A DNA stretch of 47,837 bases. It comes from Dehalococcoidia bacterium (lineage in GTDB: Bacteria; Chloroflexota; Dehalococcoidia; SZUA-161). Shown one piece after another: positions 1-7,850 of the stretch (positions are counted from its first letter, which is position 1; each line of letters begins with the position of its first letter). The notes below the pieces were generated by a model. That model was not told the origin of the DNA. It saw only the letters and a list, made by a program, of their open reading frames with translations, and searched no databases. Location of the stretch: positions 1 through 47,837 of the forward strand of contig SOKG01000164.1 in assembly GCA_004376205.1 (NCBI GenBank), written 5' to 3'. The position numbers were made by a program, and so were the translations under genes.

Positions 1-66
1 GGTTGGTATTCGACAACCCCTGGCGTACCCATGGCCACCTCCTGGTTGGCTGTGATGGCAAAGCGT

Positions 67-450
67 CTATGTTATCTCAATGGTGGCACCGGCTGCCTCC
101 AGCTTCTCCTTGAGGGTCGCTGCCTCGGCCTTGTTCACGCCTTCCCTCACCGGCTTGGGAGCGCTTTCCACCAGCTCCTTAGCCTCTTTCAGACCGAGGG
201 TGGTTACCTCACGCACGGCTTTTATGACGCTTATCTTGTTGGCACCTATGTCCTTGAGGACCACACTGAACTCTGTCTGCTCTTCTGCTTCGGCAGGAGC
301 GGCGCCGGCAGCAGCGGCTGGAGCGCCGGCGGCGGCCACCATTGGGGCAGCAGCGCTGACCCCGAGCGTCTCTTCCAGGGTCTTAACCAGCTCCGATAGC
401 TCGAGGACAGTCATTTCTTTGATAGCGGCCACCACGTCATCTTTGCTCAT
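67..450 (-). CDS. rplL: 50S ribosomal protein L7/L12 (conservative start)
   Basis: The 127 aa from [23 protein letters not shown] to [13 protein letters not shown] match bacterial L7/L12 end to end. Gene lies directly downstream of rplJ. An in-frame upstream ATG at 579 with a stronger SD is an alternative start (see findings). Confidence 0.93.
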   Translation of the reverse strand: MSKDDVVAAIKEMTVLELSELVKTLEETLGVSAAAPMVAAAGAPAAAAGAAPAEAEEQTEFSVVLKDIGANKISVIKAVREVTTLGLKEAKELVESAPKPVREGVNKAEAATLKEKLEAAGATIEIT

Positions 451-565
451 CGCCTTGGTTTCCTTTTTGGCAGCAGTAGCGCGCTTCTTAGGGGCCTTTT
501 CTTCCTCTGTGGTCATCTCACTAGCCTCCTCTTTCTGCTTTTCCGGGGCATCCTTGGCGGTTGCT

Positions 566-1105
566 TCATCGCTGGACATCTGTTGTTCCTCCCAATTGTT
601 GAATTCTGGCATTCAGTACCGAGCTGAGGCCACGCATGTTGCCGCTGAGCACGTTCTGCAGCGAAACGATGGGGCTCAGCAGTAGTCCCAGTAGTATTGC
701 TCGCAATACCTCTATGGAGGGCAAGGTGGCGAGTCTTTTTACTTCCTCAGAGCCGATCAGTTGGCTATCAATAAGCCCCCCCTTTATGCTGAGGGTCGTT
801 TTCGAAATGCGGATGTAGTCAGCCAGGGCCTTCGCCAGTTGAAGGATGTCCTCACTGCCAAAGGCGAGCGCTGTCGGTCCTGTAAGCAGTTGGAAAAGCT
901 CTTGTTTGCCTGCATTTTCAGCAGCGAATTTGGCCAACCTGTTTTTGACCACGTGGTATTCGGTGCCTATATTCCGTAGCTGGTGTCGTAGTTCCGACAT
1001 CTCGGCTACCGAGAGCCCACGGTAGTCGGTGGCGATTACAAACTTGCTCTGGGAGAGCAGTTCAGTCAGTTGGTCTACAATCTGGGGCTTTTTCTTGGTG
1101 GTCAT
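566..1105 (-). CDS. rplJ: 50S ribosomal protein L10
   Basis: [40 protein letters not shown] is L10-like. AGGAGG lies 9 nt upstream of the ATG at 1105. Synteny with rplL. Confidence 0.93.
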   Translation of the reverse strand: MTTKKKPQIVDQLTELLSQSKFVIATDYRGLSVAEMSELRHQLRNIGTEYHVVKNRLAKFAAENAGKQELFQLLTGPTALAFGSEDILQLAKALADYIRISKTTLSIKGGLIDSQLIGSEEVKRLATLPSIEVLRAILLGLLLSPIVSLQNVLSGNMRGLSSVLNARIQQLGGTTDVQR

Positions 1106-1270
1106 CCCTTTTATCCTCCTACTAAAAAAGAGTCCTTGGTGCCTGCAGCACAAGGACTCCTCTCATTCAAGAAGAATTGCCTCGGCAGGCACAGGTTTAA
1201 GCCACTACGGCACCTGCTGTCTTGGGCCTTATTCAGTTTTTATCGGAAGTAACGCCAGGGGTTCAGGCCC
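1106..1270 (-). promoter_or_regulatory. rplJ 5' leader, candidate L10-leader type attenuator
   Basis: 165-nt untranslated gap before rplJ. It contains a strong hairpin plus U6 just before the SD, and an upstream 8-nt segment complementary to the terminator (1185-1192 vs 1139-1146). Confidence 0.55.
1124..1159 (-). terminator. Intrinsic terminator/attenuator hairpin upstream of rplJ
   Basis: Minus strand reads GAGTCCTTGTGCTGCAGGCACCAAGGACTC followed by TTTTTT, about 12 bp of GC-rich stem. It ends about 18 nt before the rplJ ATG. Confidence 0.7.
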
Positions 1271-2449
1271 TCAGCGGCCGGGCACACCGAAAATGCCCAT
1301 GCTACACATAAAGGTGCCTGGATGTCCTCCCTGGTTATGAGCTATTCCCAGTTCAACGTTCTTAAGCTGGCGGGATGGCTCTTCGGCTTTGCCCTGGACC
1401 TGCTTATATATCTCGTAGACTTCTCTGATGCCACTGGCTCCCACAGGGTGGCCGAACGACTTCAGGCCGCCGCCAGCATTAAAGGCTACCTCGCCGTCTA
1501 AAGCAAACGTGCTGGCTTCGATATCGTATTTGGCTGTTCCACGCTCGCAGAAGCCCATAGCCTCATAGCACATGAGCTCCGCGATGGAGAAGCAGTCGTG
1601 ACACTCCACTAAATCTATCTCTTTACGGGGATCTTTGATTTCGGCCTGCTGATATACCTGCTGGGTTGCCCTGTAGGTTTCCTCCCAGTGCACCCAGTCA
1701 TAGTCGGTCATCATCTTGCCGCAGCCGGGCCCTGCTGAATTGCCCAATGCCTTGACGGTGATATAGTCCTTCCTGAATTTTGGAGCGTCCTCAGCACGGC
1801 AGAGGATGGCAGCGGCGGCGCCATCGGTTACCCCGCAGCAGTCAAAGAGCCCCAGAGGCCAAGCGATTATGGGGGCGCCTAGGGCTTGTTCTACGGTTAT
1901 CTCACGGCGCAGATGAGCCTTGGGATTGCGGGCACCGTTATAGTGGCTCTTCACCGAGATCATAGCGAGGTGCTTTTTCTCCGCTCCGTACATAGCGAAG
2001 TACTTGGTGGCTGCCAGGGCATAGCGCCCCGGCGGGGTCGCCTGGATGCCAAACACCGGATGTACGCCACCCATCGGCTCGCCAGAGCCCAGACCTCCGA
2101 CACCTCGGTCCTTGGTCTTTTCAAAGCCAACGCAAAGGACGAGGTCATAAGCCTTGGCAATCAGTGCATAAGTAGCTGCCCTGATGGTCTCCAGGCCGGT
2201 GCCGCAGAGGTTCTCCACCCTGACAATGGGGATATAGTCCAGCTTGAGGGGATAGGCAAGGCTTTGGCCGCCGGCGAATCCAAGGGTGCCGGACCATGCC
2301 GCCTGGATATCTTTGGGTCCGACCCCGGCATCTTCGAAAGCTTCGTAGGCTGCTTCCACAACCAGGTCCCAGGCGCTGCAATCCCAGCGCTCCCCGAACT
2401 TACTGCAACCCATACCTACGATAGCAACTTTATCTTTAATGCTTTCCAT
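1271..2449 (-). CDS. Thiolase-fold protein, SCP2/archaeal acetoacetyl-CoA thiolase-like
   Basis: 392 aa. Motifs RVENLCGTG (nucleophile Cys), VECHDCFSI (HDCF) and GHPVGASGIRE are present. AGGAGG SD. Start lies 3 nt after the upstream gene stop. Confidence 0.85.
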   Translation of the reverse strand: MESIKDKVAIVGMGCSKFGERWDCSAWDLVVEAAYEAFEDAGVGPKDIQAAWSGTLGFAGGQSLAYPLKLDYIPIVRVENLCGTGLETIRAATYALIAKAYDLVLCVGFEKTKDRGVGGLGSGEPMGGVHPVFGIQATPPGRYALAATKYFAMYGAEKKHLAMISVKSHYNGARNPKAHLRREITVEQALGAPIIAWPLGLFDCCGVTDGAAAAILCRAEDAPKFRKDYITVKALGNSAGPGCGKMMTDYDWVHWEETYRATQQVYQQAEIKDPRKEIDLVECHDCFSIAELMCYEAMGFCERGTAKYDIEASTFALDGEVAFNAGGGLKSFGHPVGASGIREVYEIYKQVQGKAEEPSRQLKNVELGIAHNQGGHPGTFMCSMGIFGVPGR

Positions 2450-2452
2450 CTT

Positions 2453-3877
2453 TCATCCTCCTTGGGCCACCCGCAGAGGACGGCATTTCCAGTAGTAGTT
2501 GCGAATACCGCGTTCGCTGTGCATCCATCTGAAGGTGAGCTCGACCGGCATCCCGTCTTCAACCTTATCAGGGTCGCGGTCTGTCATCTGGGCGTAGAAC
2601 CTTCCTCCTTCATCGAAGTCGAGGATACATAGGATGATCGGGGGGTCGAGGCTAGGTCCGAGGAAATCCTTGCTATAGGTGAAAAGCTTGGCGCTTCTCT
2701 CTGCGAGGCGGATCTCCTCGAACTGGTCCTTGCTCTGGCAGTACATGCAGATCCTTTGCGGCGGGAAGTTGATATTGCCGCAGGCCAGACATTTCTCGCC
2801 ACGGCAGTTGATGTTCCACCTGCGATCCCGCCACGAGATAGTGGCTGCGGACTGATTCTCCCACTGAGTCCATCCCTGGAGGAGGCCACGGTAGCGCAGG
2901 TACTTATCGTAATTGGGCAGAGACAACTTTGATGCCAGATGGTATTTTATCCCTCGCCGATCTCTTGCCTTTTCTATTCCCTCAGTGACGGTGAGGACGA
3001 AGGCATCTGCGCCATCACTGTAGTTGGCGACCAGCATTTTTTCACCAGCCTTTGCTTCCTCCAGCGCAGCGACTAGCATCATTAGTGTATAAGCAGTGCC
3101 GGTATTGCCTACCGTTGAGAACATGCTGTCTTGAAGTTGGGTATCGGCGTCAATATCGAGCCTTCTTGCCAATTGCTGATGTCTCCTGCCATTGAAAGCG
3201 TAGAGGACAAACTTGGAGAAATCGGCTGGCGTCAGCCCGCATTTCTCCATGACGTCCTTAACAGCCTGTTGAGTGTTTTCCAGATAGCCGTGGGTAATGA
3301 TAAAGCGATCCTCCCATGATCTGACGAAAGTGTCGCCATCCAATCGCCACAGGTCCATTATGTCGTCATAGTGAGTATGACTTCCGTCTACGTTTGCGAC
3401 TACGTCGGAGTTACCGAGAAGGATGGCGGCGGCTCCGTCTCCAAATGCCCCTTCGTACTCAGTGGAAGGCTGCCCTAATCGGCAGTCTGAGGCAACTACC
3501 AGAACCTTTTTTGCTGAGCCGGCAGCGATGGCATCCAGGGCAGCTCGCATGGCGATGGTTCCCGCTCTCAGGGAGTTGGCAAAGTCGGCGGTTATGGTGC
3601 TGCGTTTGAGGTCAAGCGCTTCAGCGACCAGGTTGGCACACTGCTTTTCTTTGTAAGGAGTCGTGGTGGATGCCAAGAATAGGCCTTCGACTTCAGCCCG
3701 GTCAATGCCCTGTAGGCAATTGTTCCCGGCTTCCACTGCCATGGTAACGCTGTCTTCATCGAAGTTGGCGACTGCTCTCTCTCCCGCGATAGGTATGCCG
3801 CCCCATGTTTGCCAGATTAGATCACGGCCTAGTCGGTAAATGGGTATATAAGCGCCGCAGGAAACAATCCCTGCCAT
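2453..3877 (-). CDS. HMG-CoA synthase-like domain fused to DUF35 (Zn-ribbon + OB fold); catalytic landmarks substituted
   Basis: 474 aa. The N-terminus GAYIPIYRLG, DEDSVTMAVEA and VGNTGTAY resemble archaeal-type HMGCS. The C-terminus CLAC-x10-CMYC plus OB-like tail resembles DUF35. The expected Glu/Cys/His positions read T71/L103/Y226. Confidence 0.8.
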   Translation of the reverse strand: MAGIVSCGAYIPIYRLGRDLIWQTWGGIPIAGERAVANFDEDSVTMAVEAGNNCLQGIDRAEVEGLFLASTTTPYKEKQCANLVAEALDLKRSTITADFANSLRAGTIAMRAALDAIAAGSAKKVLVVASDCRLGQPSTEYEGAFGDGAAAILLGNSDVVANVDGSHTHYDDIMDLWRLDGDTFVRSWEDRFIITHGYLENTQQAVKDVMEKCGLTPADFSKFVLYAFNGRRHQQLARRLDIDADTQLQDSMFSTVGNTGTAYTLMMLVAALEEAKAGEKMLVANYSDGADAFVLTVTEGIEKARDRRGIKYHLASKLSLPNYDKYLRYRGLLQGWTQWENQSAATISWRDRRWNINCRGEKCLACGNINFPPQRICMYCQSKDQFEEIRLAERSAKLFTYSKDFLGPSLDPPIILCILDFDEGGRFYAQMTDRDPDKVEDGMPVELTFRWMHSERGIRNYYWKCRPLRVAQGG

Positions 3878-3944
3878 TTAGGTCTCCTTTCGCAAAGTCA
3901 TGCCCGACTATCTGCCGTGGCTGAAATGGCAACAAAGCCGACCG

Positions 3945-4658
3945 TTAGGCGGTAGTCAGAGAAAGGGTTGGAGTTAGATCAAGCTTAATTCCCGGTCCCA
4001 TTGAGGTTGTTAGTGAGGCACTTCTAATAAATTGACCCTTGGCGCCACTGGGCTTTGCCTTGACCACGGCATCAACTATTGCGGCCAAGTTTTCCAGTAG
4101 TTTCTCGTCATCGAAGCTGATCTTGCCTAGCGGTGTATGGATGATGGCGGTTTTGTCCAACTTGAATTCCACCCGGCCCTTGCGAACGTCTGCAATAACC
4201 TGGGGTAGATCGCCGGGTTGTGCGACGGTGCCTGATTTAGGATTTGGCATCAGCCCTCGTCGCCCCAAGACCTTGCCCAGTTTGCCGATCCTGGGCATCA
4301 TATCTGGGGTGGCGATAGCGACATCGAATTCGAGCCAGCCATCCTCAATCTTCTTAATCAACTCGTCCCCGCCGACATAGTCGGCTCCGGCGTCTCGGGC
4401 GGTCTTTTCTGACTCGCCTTGAGTAAGGACCAAGACTCGCACTGCCTTGCCCAGGCCGTTGGGCAGTAGAGCTATTCCACGAACTTGCTGGTCAGCATGG
4501 CGGGGGTCAACCCCCATACGCAGGTGGAGCTCAACTGTCTCGTCGAATCCGGCGTAGGACACTTGCTTAGCAAGGCTGATCGCCTCTTGGGGATGATATA
4601 GCTTATTCCCATCCAACTTATTTAGTGCTTCAAGATACTTTTTACCGTGTTTAGCCAT
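3945..4658 (-). CDS. rplA: 50S ribosomal protein L1
   Basis: [21 protein letters not shown] is L1-like. Lies 7 nt after rplK. Confidence 0.96.
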   Translation of the reverse strand: MAKHGKKYLEALNKLDGNKLYHPQEAISLAKQVSYAGFDETVELHLRMGVDPRHADQQVRGIALLPNGLGKAVRVLVLTQGESEKTARDAGADYVGGDELIKKIEDGWLEFDVAIATPDMMPRIGKLGKVLGRRGLMPNPKSGTVAQPGDLPQVIADVRKGRVEFKLDKTAIIHTPLGKISFDDEKLLENLAAIVDAVVKAKPSGAKGQFIRSASLTTSMGPGIKLDLTPTLSLTTA

Positions 4659-4665
4659 GCCACTC

Positions 4666-5091
4666 CTAGCTTGTTATGTCGATACCCATGCTTCGTGCTG
4701 TGCCTTCTACTATCCTCATGGCCCCTTCGATGTCGATGGCATTTAGATCCTTTAGCTTGAGTTCGGCGATCTCGCGGATCTTCTCTCTGGGAAGGCTGCC
4801 GATCTTATTCCGCCTCGGGTCGTCACTCCCCTTTTCCGCGCCCAGCGCTCTTTTCAGCAAATCGGCCGCAGGGGGCGTCTTGGTGACGAAGATGAAGGAG
4901 CGATCTTCATAGATAGTTATCTCCACGGGAACAATCGAGCCTGCTTGTGATGCAGTCTGGTCGTTATATTCCTTGCAGAAGGCCATGATATTAACTCCGT
5001 GTTGCCCCAGAGCAGGGCCAACCGGTGGAGCCGGGGTCGCTTTGCCCGCTTCTATCTGAAGTTTGACTACTGCCTTGAGCTTCTTTGCCAT
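4666..5091 (-). CDS. rplK: 50S ribosomal protein L11
   Basis: [29 protein letters not shown] is the L11 signature. Confidence 0.97.
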   Translation of the reverse strand: MAKKLKAVVKLQIEAGKATPAPPVGPALGQHGVNIMAFCKEYNDQTASQAGSIVPVEITIYEDRSFIFVTKTPPAADLLKRALGAEKGSDDPRRNKIGSLPREKIREIAELKLKDLNAIDIEGAMRIVEGTARSMGIDITS

Positions 5092-5240
5092 TTTCCCAAC
5101 CTCAATTAAGCACCAAATCCGGAATACGAAATCCTTTTGAGCAGAGGAATTTTGAATTTGTTCAGTGCTTCGAAATCAGTATTTAGATTTTCCCTATATG
5201 CCATGCGCAGGTATTTATGTCATCGTATGTAGCTTGCAGG

Positions 5241-5789
5241 TCACAGCCTTTCCACCTGTAGAAAGTCTAGTTCCACCGGGGTTTCCCGCCCGAAGAAGGA
5301 AACCAGGACCTTCACTTTGCCCTTCTCCTCGTTGAGATCGTCGACCACCCCAATGAAATCAATGAAAGGCCCGTCGATTATGCGAATGCTCTGTCCCCTG
5401 GCGAAGCCCACCTTGACCCTCGGTATCTCAGACTCCATTTGCTTGAGAATATGTTCGACCTCTTCCTTGTCGAGGGCAACGGGTTCGATTTTGCCTTTGT
5501 CATCTTGGGTGCTTACGATCCCAGTGACCCCTGGCGTGTTGCGCACAACGTGCCAGCTCTCCTCATCCATGACCATCTCGACCATGATATACCCCGGGAA
5601 TATCTTCCTGGCCACGGTACGTCGCTGGCCGTCCTTTATTTCCATCTCATCTTCTGTGGGCACCACTACCTGGAAGATCTTGTCCCCGATATCCATGGAT
5701 TCGATGCGATGCTCCAGGTTTGTCTTCACCCGGTCTTCGTATCCCGAGTAGGTATGGATGACATACCATTCTTTTTCGCTTTGTTCCAT
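5241..5789 (-). CDS. nusG: Transcription termination/antitermination factor NusG
   Basis: WYVIHTYSGYEDRV NGN domain and a C-terminal KOW domain. secE-nusG-rplK synteny. Confidence 0.95.
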   Translation of the reverse strand: MEQSEKEWYVIHTYSGYEDRVKTNLEHRIESMDIGDKIFQVVVPTEDEMEIKDGQRRTVARKIFPGYIMVEMVMDEESWHVVRNTPGVTGIVSTQDDKGKIEPVALDKEEVEHILKQMESEIPRVKVGFARGQSIRIIDGPFIDFIGVVDDLNEEKGKVKVLVSFFGRETPVELDFLQVERL

Positions 5790-5896
5790 AAAGATCCACC
5801 CAATCTCAAAAGCTCAAGGAAAGAAATCCATCGATGCGGAGGCTGCTGTCACGGCAATACTGATCTTCTATTTCCTAGCCATGGTGTCTGATCGAG

Positions 5897-6112
5897 TCAT
5901 CTGAACAGGATTGCATTCATCAATTCGGAGAACCCAACATCGATCACCCAGAGGATAATAGCCACTACCATGGTAACGACAATTACAATGGTAGTTAGAT
6001 AGGTAGCTTCTTGCCTTGTGGGCCAAACCACCTTTCTTAACTCTGATATAGTCCCACCAATGAATCTAAACCTTTGTTTTCCTTGTCCTCTAGCCAAAAT
6101 CTGGCGCCTCAA
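5897..6112 (-). CDS. secE: Preprotein translocase subunit SecE
   Basis: 71 aa. SELRKVVWPTRQE followed by a single TM helix. Lies between rpmG and nusG. Confidence 0.88.
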   Translation of the reverse strand: MRRQILARGQGKQRFRFIGGTISELRKVVWPTRQEATYLTTIVIVVTMVVAIILWVIDVGFSELMNAILFR

Positions 6113-6130
6113 TTTGCTCTCGGTGCCTGT

Positions 6131-6298
6131 CTATTTTGTCTCTCGGTGCAGACTGTGAACCCGGCAACGAGGGCAGAACTTGCTTAACTCCAGCCTTCCT
6201 GGGTCGTTCTTCTTATTCTTATTCGTGGTATACGTCCTCTCCCCACATTGAGTACAGGCGAGATGGATAACGATTCGGGCCTCAGCTTTCTTTGCCAT
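6131..6298 (-). CDS. rpmG: 50S ribosomal protein L33 (Zn-ribbon C+ form)
   Basis: Absent from the ORF track (55 aa). Hand translation gives [55 protein letters not shown]. Carries CxxC...CxxC. Starts 3 nt after the tuf stop. Confidence 0.9.
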   Translation of the reverse strand: MAKKAEARIVIHLACTQCGERTYTTNKNKKNDPGRLELSKFCPRCRVHSLHRETK

Positions 6299-6301
6299 TT
6301 C

Positions 6302-7507
6302 TTACTCTGTTACGGCTGTGACCAATCCTGCCCCTACTGTTCTGCCGCCTTCTCTGATGGCGAATCTTAGACCTTCCTCCATGGCTATAGGAATAAGTAG
6401 CTTTATTTTCGTTCTAATGTCATCGCCAGGCATTGCCATCTCCACCCCGCTGGGTAGCTCGATCGAGCCGGTGACATCCATGGTCCTGATATAGAACTGC
6501 GGTTTGTATCCGTTGAAGAACGGGGTATGGCGGCCTCCCTCTTCTTTGGTCAATATATATACCTGAGCTTCAAACTGAGTATGAGGCTTGATCGAGCCAA
6601 CGTTCGCCAGCACTTGTCCTCGTTCCACGTCATCGCGTTCTATGCCTCTGAGCAAACAGCCGATGGCATCTCCCGGCTCTCCTTCCTCCAGCGTCTTGTG
6701 GAACATCTCTACGCCGGTGACGACTGTTTTCCTTGTCTCCTTCATCCCCACTATCTCGATCTCTTGCCCTACTTTTACAATACCTCGCTCTATTCTGCCG
6801 GTGGCCACAGTGCCTCGTCCTTTGATGCCGAAGACATCCTCTACAGGCATGAGGAACGGCTTGTCCGCAGCGCGCTCAGGCATGGGTATGTAGTCGTCTA
6901 CAGCGTCCATGAGCTCCAAGATTTGGCCACACCACTCGCACTCCCTCTTGGCGCAGCCACACTCCAGAGCCTTGAGGGCACTCACCCGCACAATGGGAAT
7001 CTCACCTCCGGGAAAGCCGTATTTGGGGAGCAACTCTTCCCTCAACTCGAGCTCTGTAACTTCCAATAGCTCGGGATCGTCCACCATGTCCACTTTGTTC
7101 AGGGCGACAACTATCGCCGGGACCTCTACTTGGCGAGCGAGGAGGAGATGTTCTCTGGTCTGAGGCATTACCCCGTCATCTGCAGCTACCACCAGTATAG
7201 CCCCGTCCATCTGGGCGGCACCTGTTATCATGTTTTTGATATAGTCAGCGTGACCTGGGCAATCCACATGGGCGTAGTGGCGCTTCTCAGTCTCATACTC
7301 GATGTGCGCGATAGCGATTGTCAGCCCTCTTGCCTTCTCCTCTGGGGCATTGTCTATAGATTCGAAGGAGCGGAACTGAGTAGTCCCCACGGTGGCCGCT
7401 AGAACTTTGGTAATTGCTGATGTCAGGGTTGTCTTGCCGTGGTCAACGTGCCCGATTGTGCCCACGTTAACGTGGGGCTTGGTTCGCTCAAAGACCTTCT
7501 TTGCCAT
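6302..7507 (-). CDS. tuf: Elongation factor Tu
   Basis: [18 protein letters not shown] and NKVD G-motifs. Full-length 401 aa. GGAGG SD. Confidence 0.98.
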   Translation of the reverse strand: MAKKVFERTKPHVNVGTIGHVDHGKTTLTSAITKVLAATVGTTQFRSFESIDNAPEEKARGLTIAIAHIEYETEKRHYAHVDCPGHADYIKNMITGAAQMDGAILVVAADDGVMPQTREHLLLARQVEVPAIVVALNKVDMVDDPELLEVTELELREELLPKYGFPGGEIPIVRVSALKALECGCAKRECEWCGQILELMDAVDDYIPMPERAADKPFLMPVEDVFGIKGRGTVATGRIERGIVKVGQEIEIVGMKETRKTVVTGVEMFHKTLEEGEPGDAIGCLLRGIERDDVERGQVLANVGSIKPHTQFEAQVYILTKEEGGRHTPFFNGYKPQFYIRTMDVTGSIELPSGVEMAMPGDDIRTKIKLLIPIAMEEGLRFAIREGGRTVGAGLVTAVTE

Positions 7508-7538
7508 GTATTCTCCTCCCGTTAGGTTTAATCTAGGT

Positions 7539-7613
7539 TGGAGCCCACAACCAGATTTGAACTGGTGACCCCGTTCTTACCAAGAACGTGCTCTACCGCT
7601 GAGCTATGTGGGC
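7539..7613 (-). tRNA. tRNA-Thr (anticodon GGU), CCA encoded
   Basis: Hand-folded cloverleaf GCCCACA/TGTGGGC acceptor stem, anticodon loop TTGGTAA, T-loop TTCAAAT, 3' TCCA. Confidence 0.9.
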
Positions 7614-7620
7614 TGACTAG

Positions 7621-7708
7621 TGGTGGAGGGGGTAGGATTCGAACCTACGTAGCCATCTCAGGCGGCAGATTTACAGTCTGCTGGTATTAGCCGCTCACCC
7701 ACCCCTCC
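7621..7708 (-). tRNA. tRNA-Tyr (anticodon GUA), long variable arm, CCA encoded
   Basis: Acceptor stem GGAGGGG/CCCCTCC, anticodon loop CTGTAAA, T-loop TTCGAAT, 3' ACCA, 88 nt. Confidence 0.9.
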
Positions 7709-7720
7709 GGACTCGTCCTG

Positions 7721-7792
7721 AGCCCGAGAGCGGATTCGAACCGCTACCCTACCGATTACAAGTCGGTTGCGCTACCATTGCGCCACTCGGGC
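7721..7792 (-). tRNA. tRNA-Thr (anticodon UGU), no encoded CCA
   Basis: Acceptor stem GCCCGAG/CTCGGGC, anticodon loop CTTGTAA, T-loop TTCGAAT. Followed by CAG rather than CCA. Confidence 0.88.
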
Positions 7793-7821
7793 CTTTTTCG
7801 ACCTTTTTCTAATTCTAGCTA

Positions 7822-7850
7822 AGTATAAAAACAAAAAAAGCCAAAGTCAA
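7822..7850 (-). promoter_or_regulatory. Sigma-70-like promoter for the tRNA-tuf operon
   Basis: Minus strand TTGACT-N17-TATACT. The -35 overlaps the cysS stop codon. The -10 ends about 30 nt before the first tRNA. Confidence 0.55.

Noticed and set aside
1-32. Possible start of the next minus-strand gene (ATG at 32-30 preceded by AGGAGG, 34 nt after the rplL stop). By synteny it could be rpoB.
   Set aside because: Only about 10 codons (MGTPGVVEYQ) lie inside the window. That is too little to identify or support a feature.
1271-3877. Interpreting the thiolase + HMGCS-like pair as the entry steps of a mevalonate pathway.
   Set aside because: The HMGCS-like domain appears to lack the Glu/Cys/His catalytic residues. 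MEP-pathway genes ispD and ispF are present in the same window. No HMG-CoA reductase or mevalonate kinase gene is nearby.
5092-5240. The 149-nt nusG-rplK spacer as an L1/L11 autoregulatory leader with its own promoter.
   Set aside because: This is plausible by analogy with the rplKA operon of other bacteria. However, I found only a weak promoter-like match (ATGACA-N17-CATATA) and no convincing L1-binding mimic by eye. It is left unannotated pending a covariance-model search.
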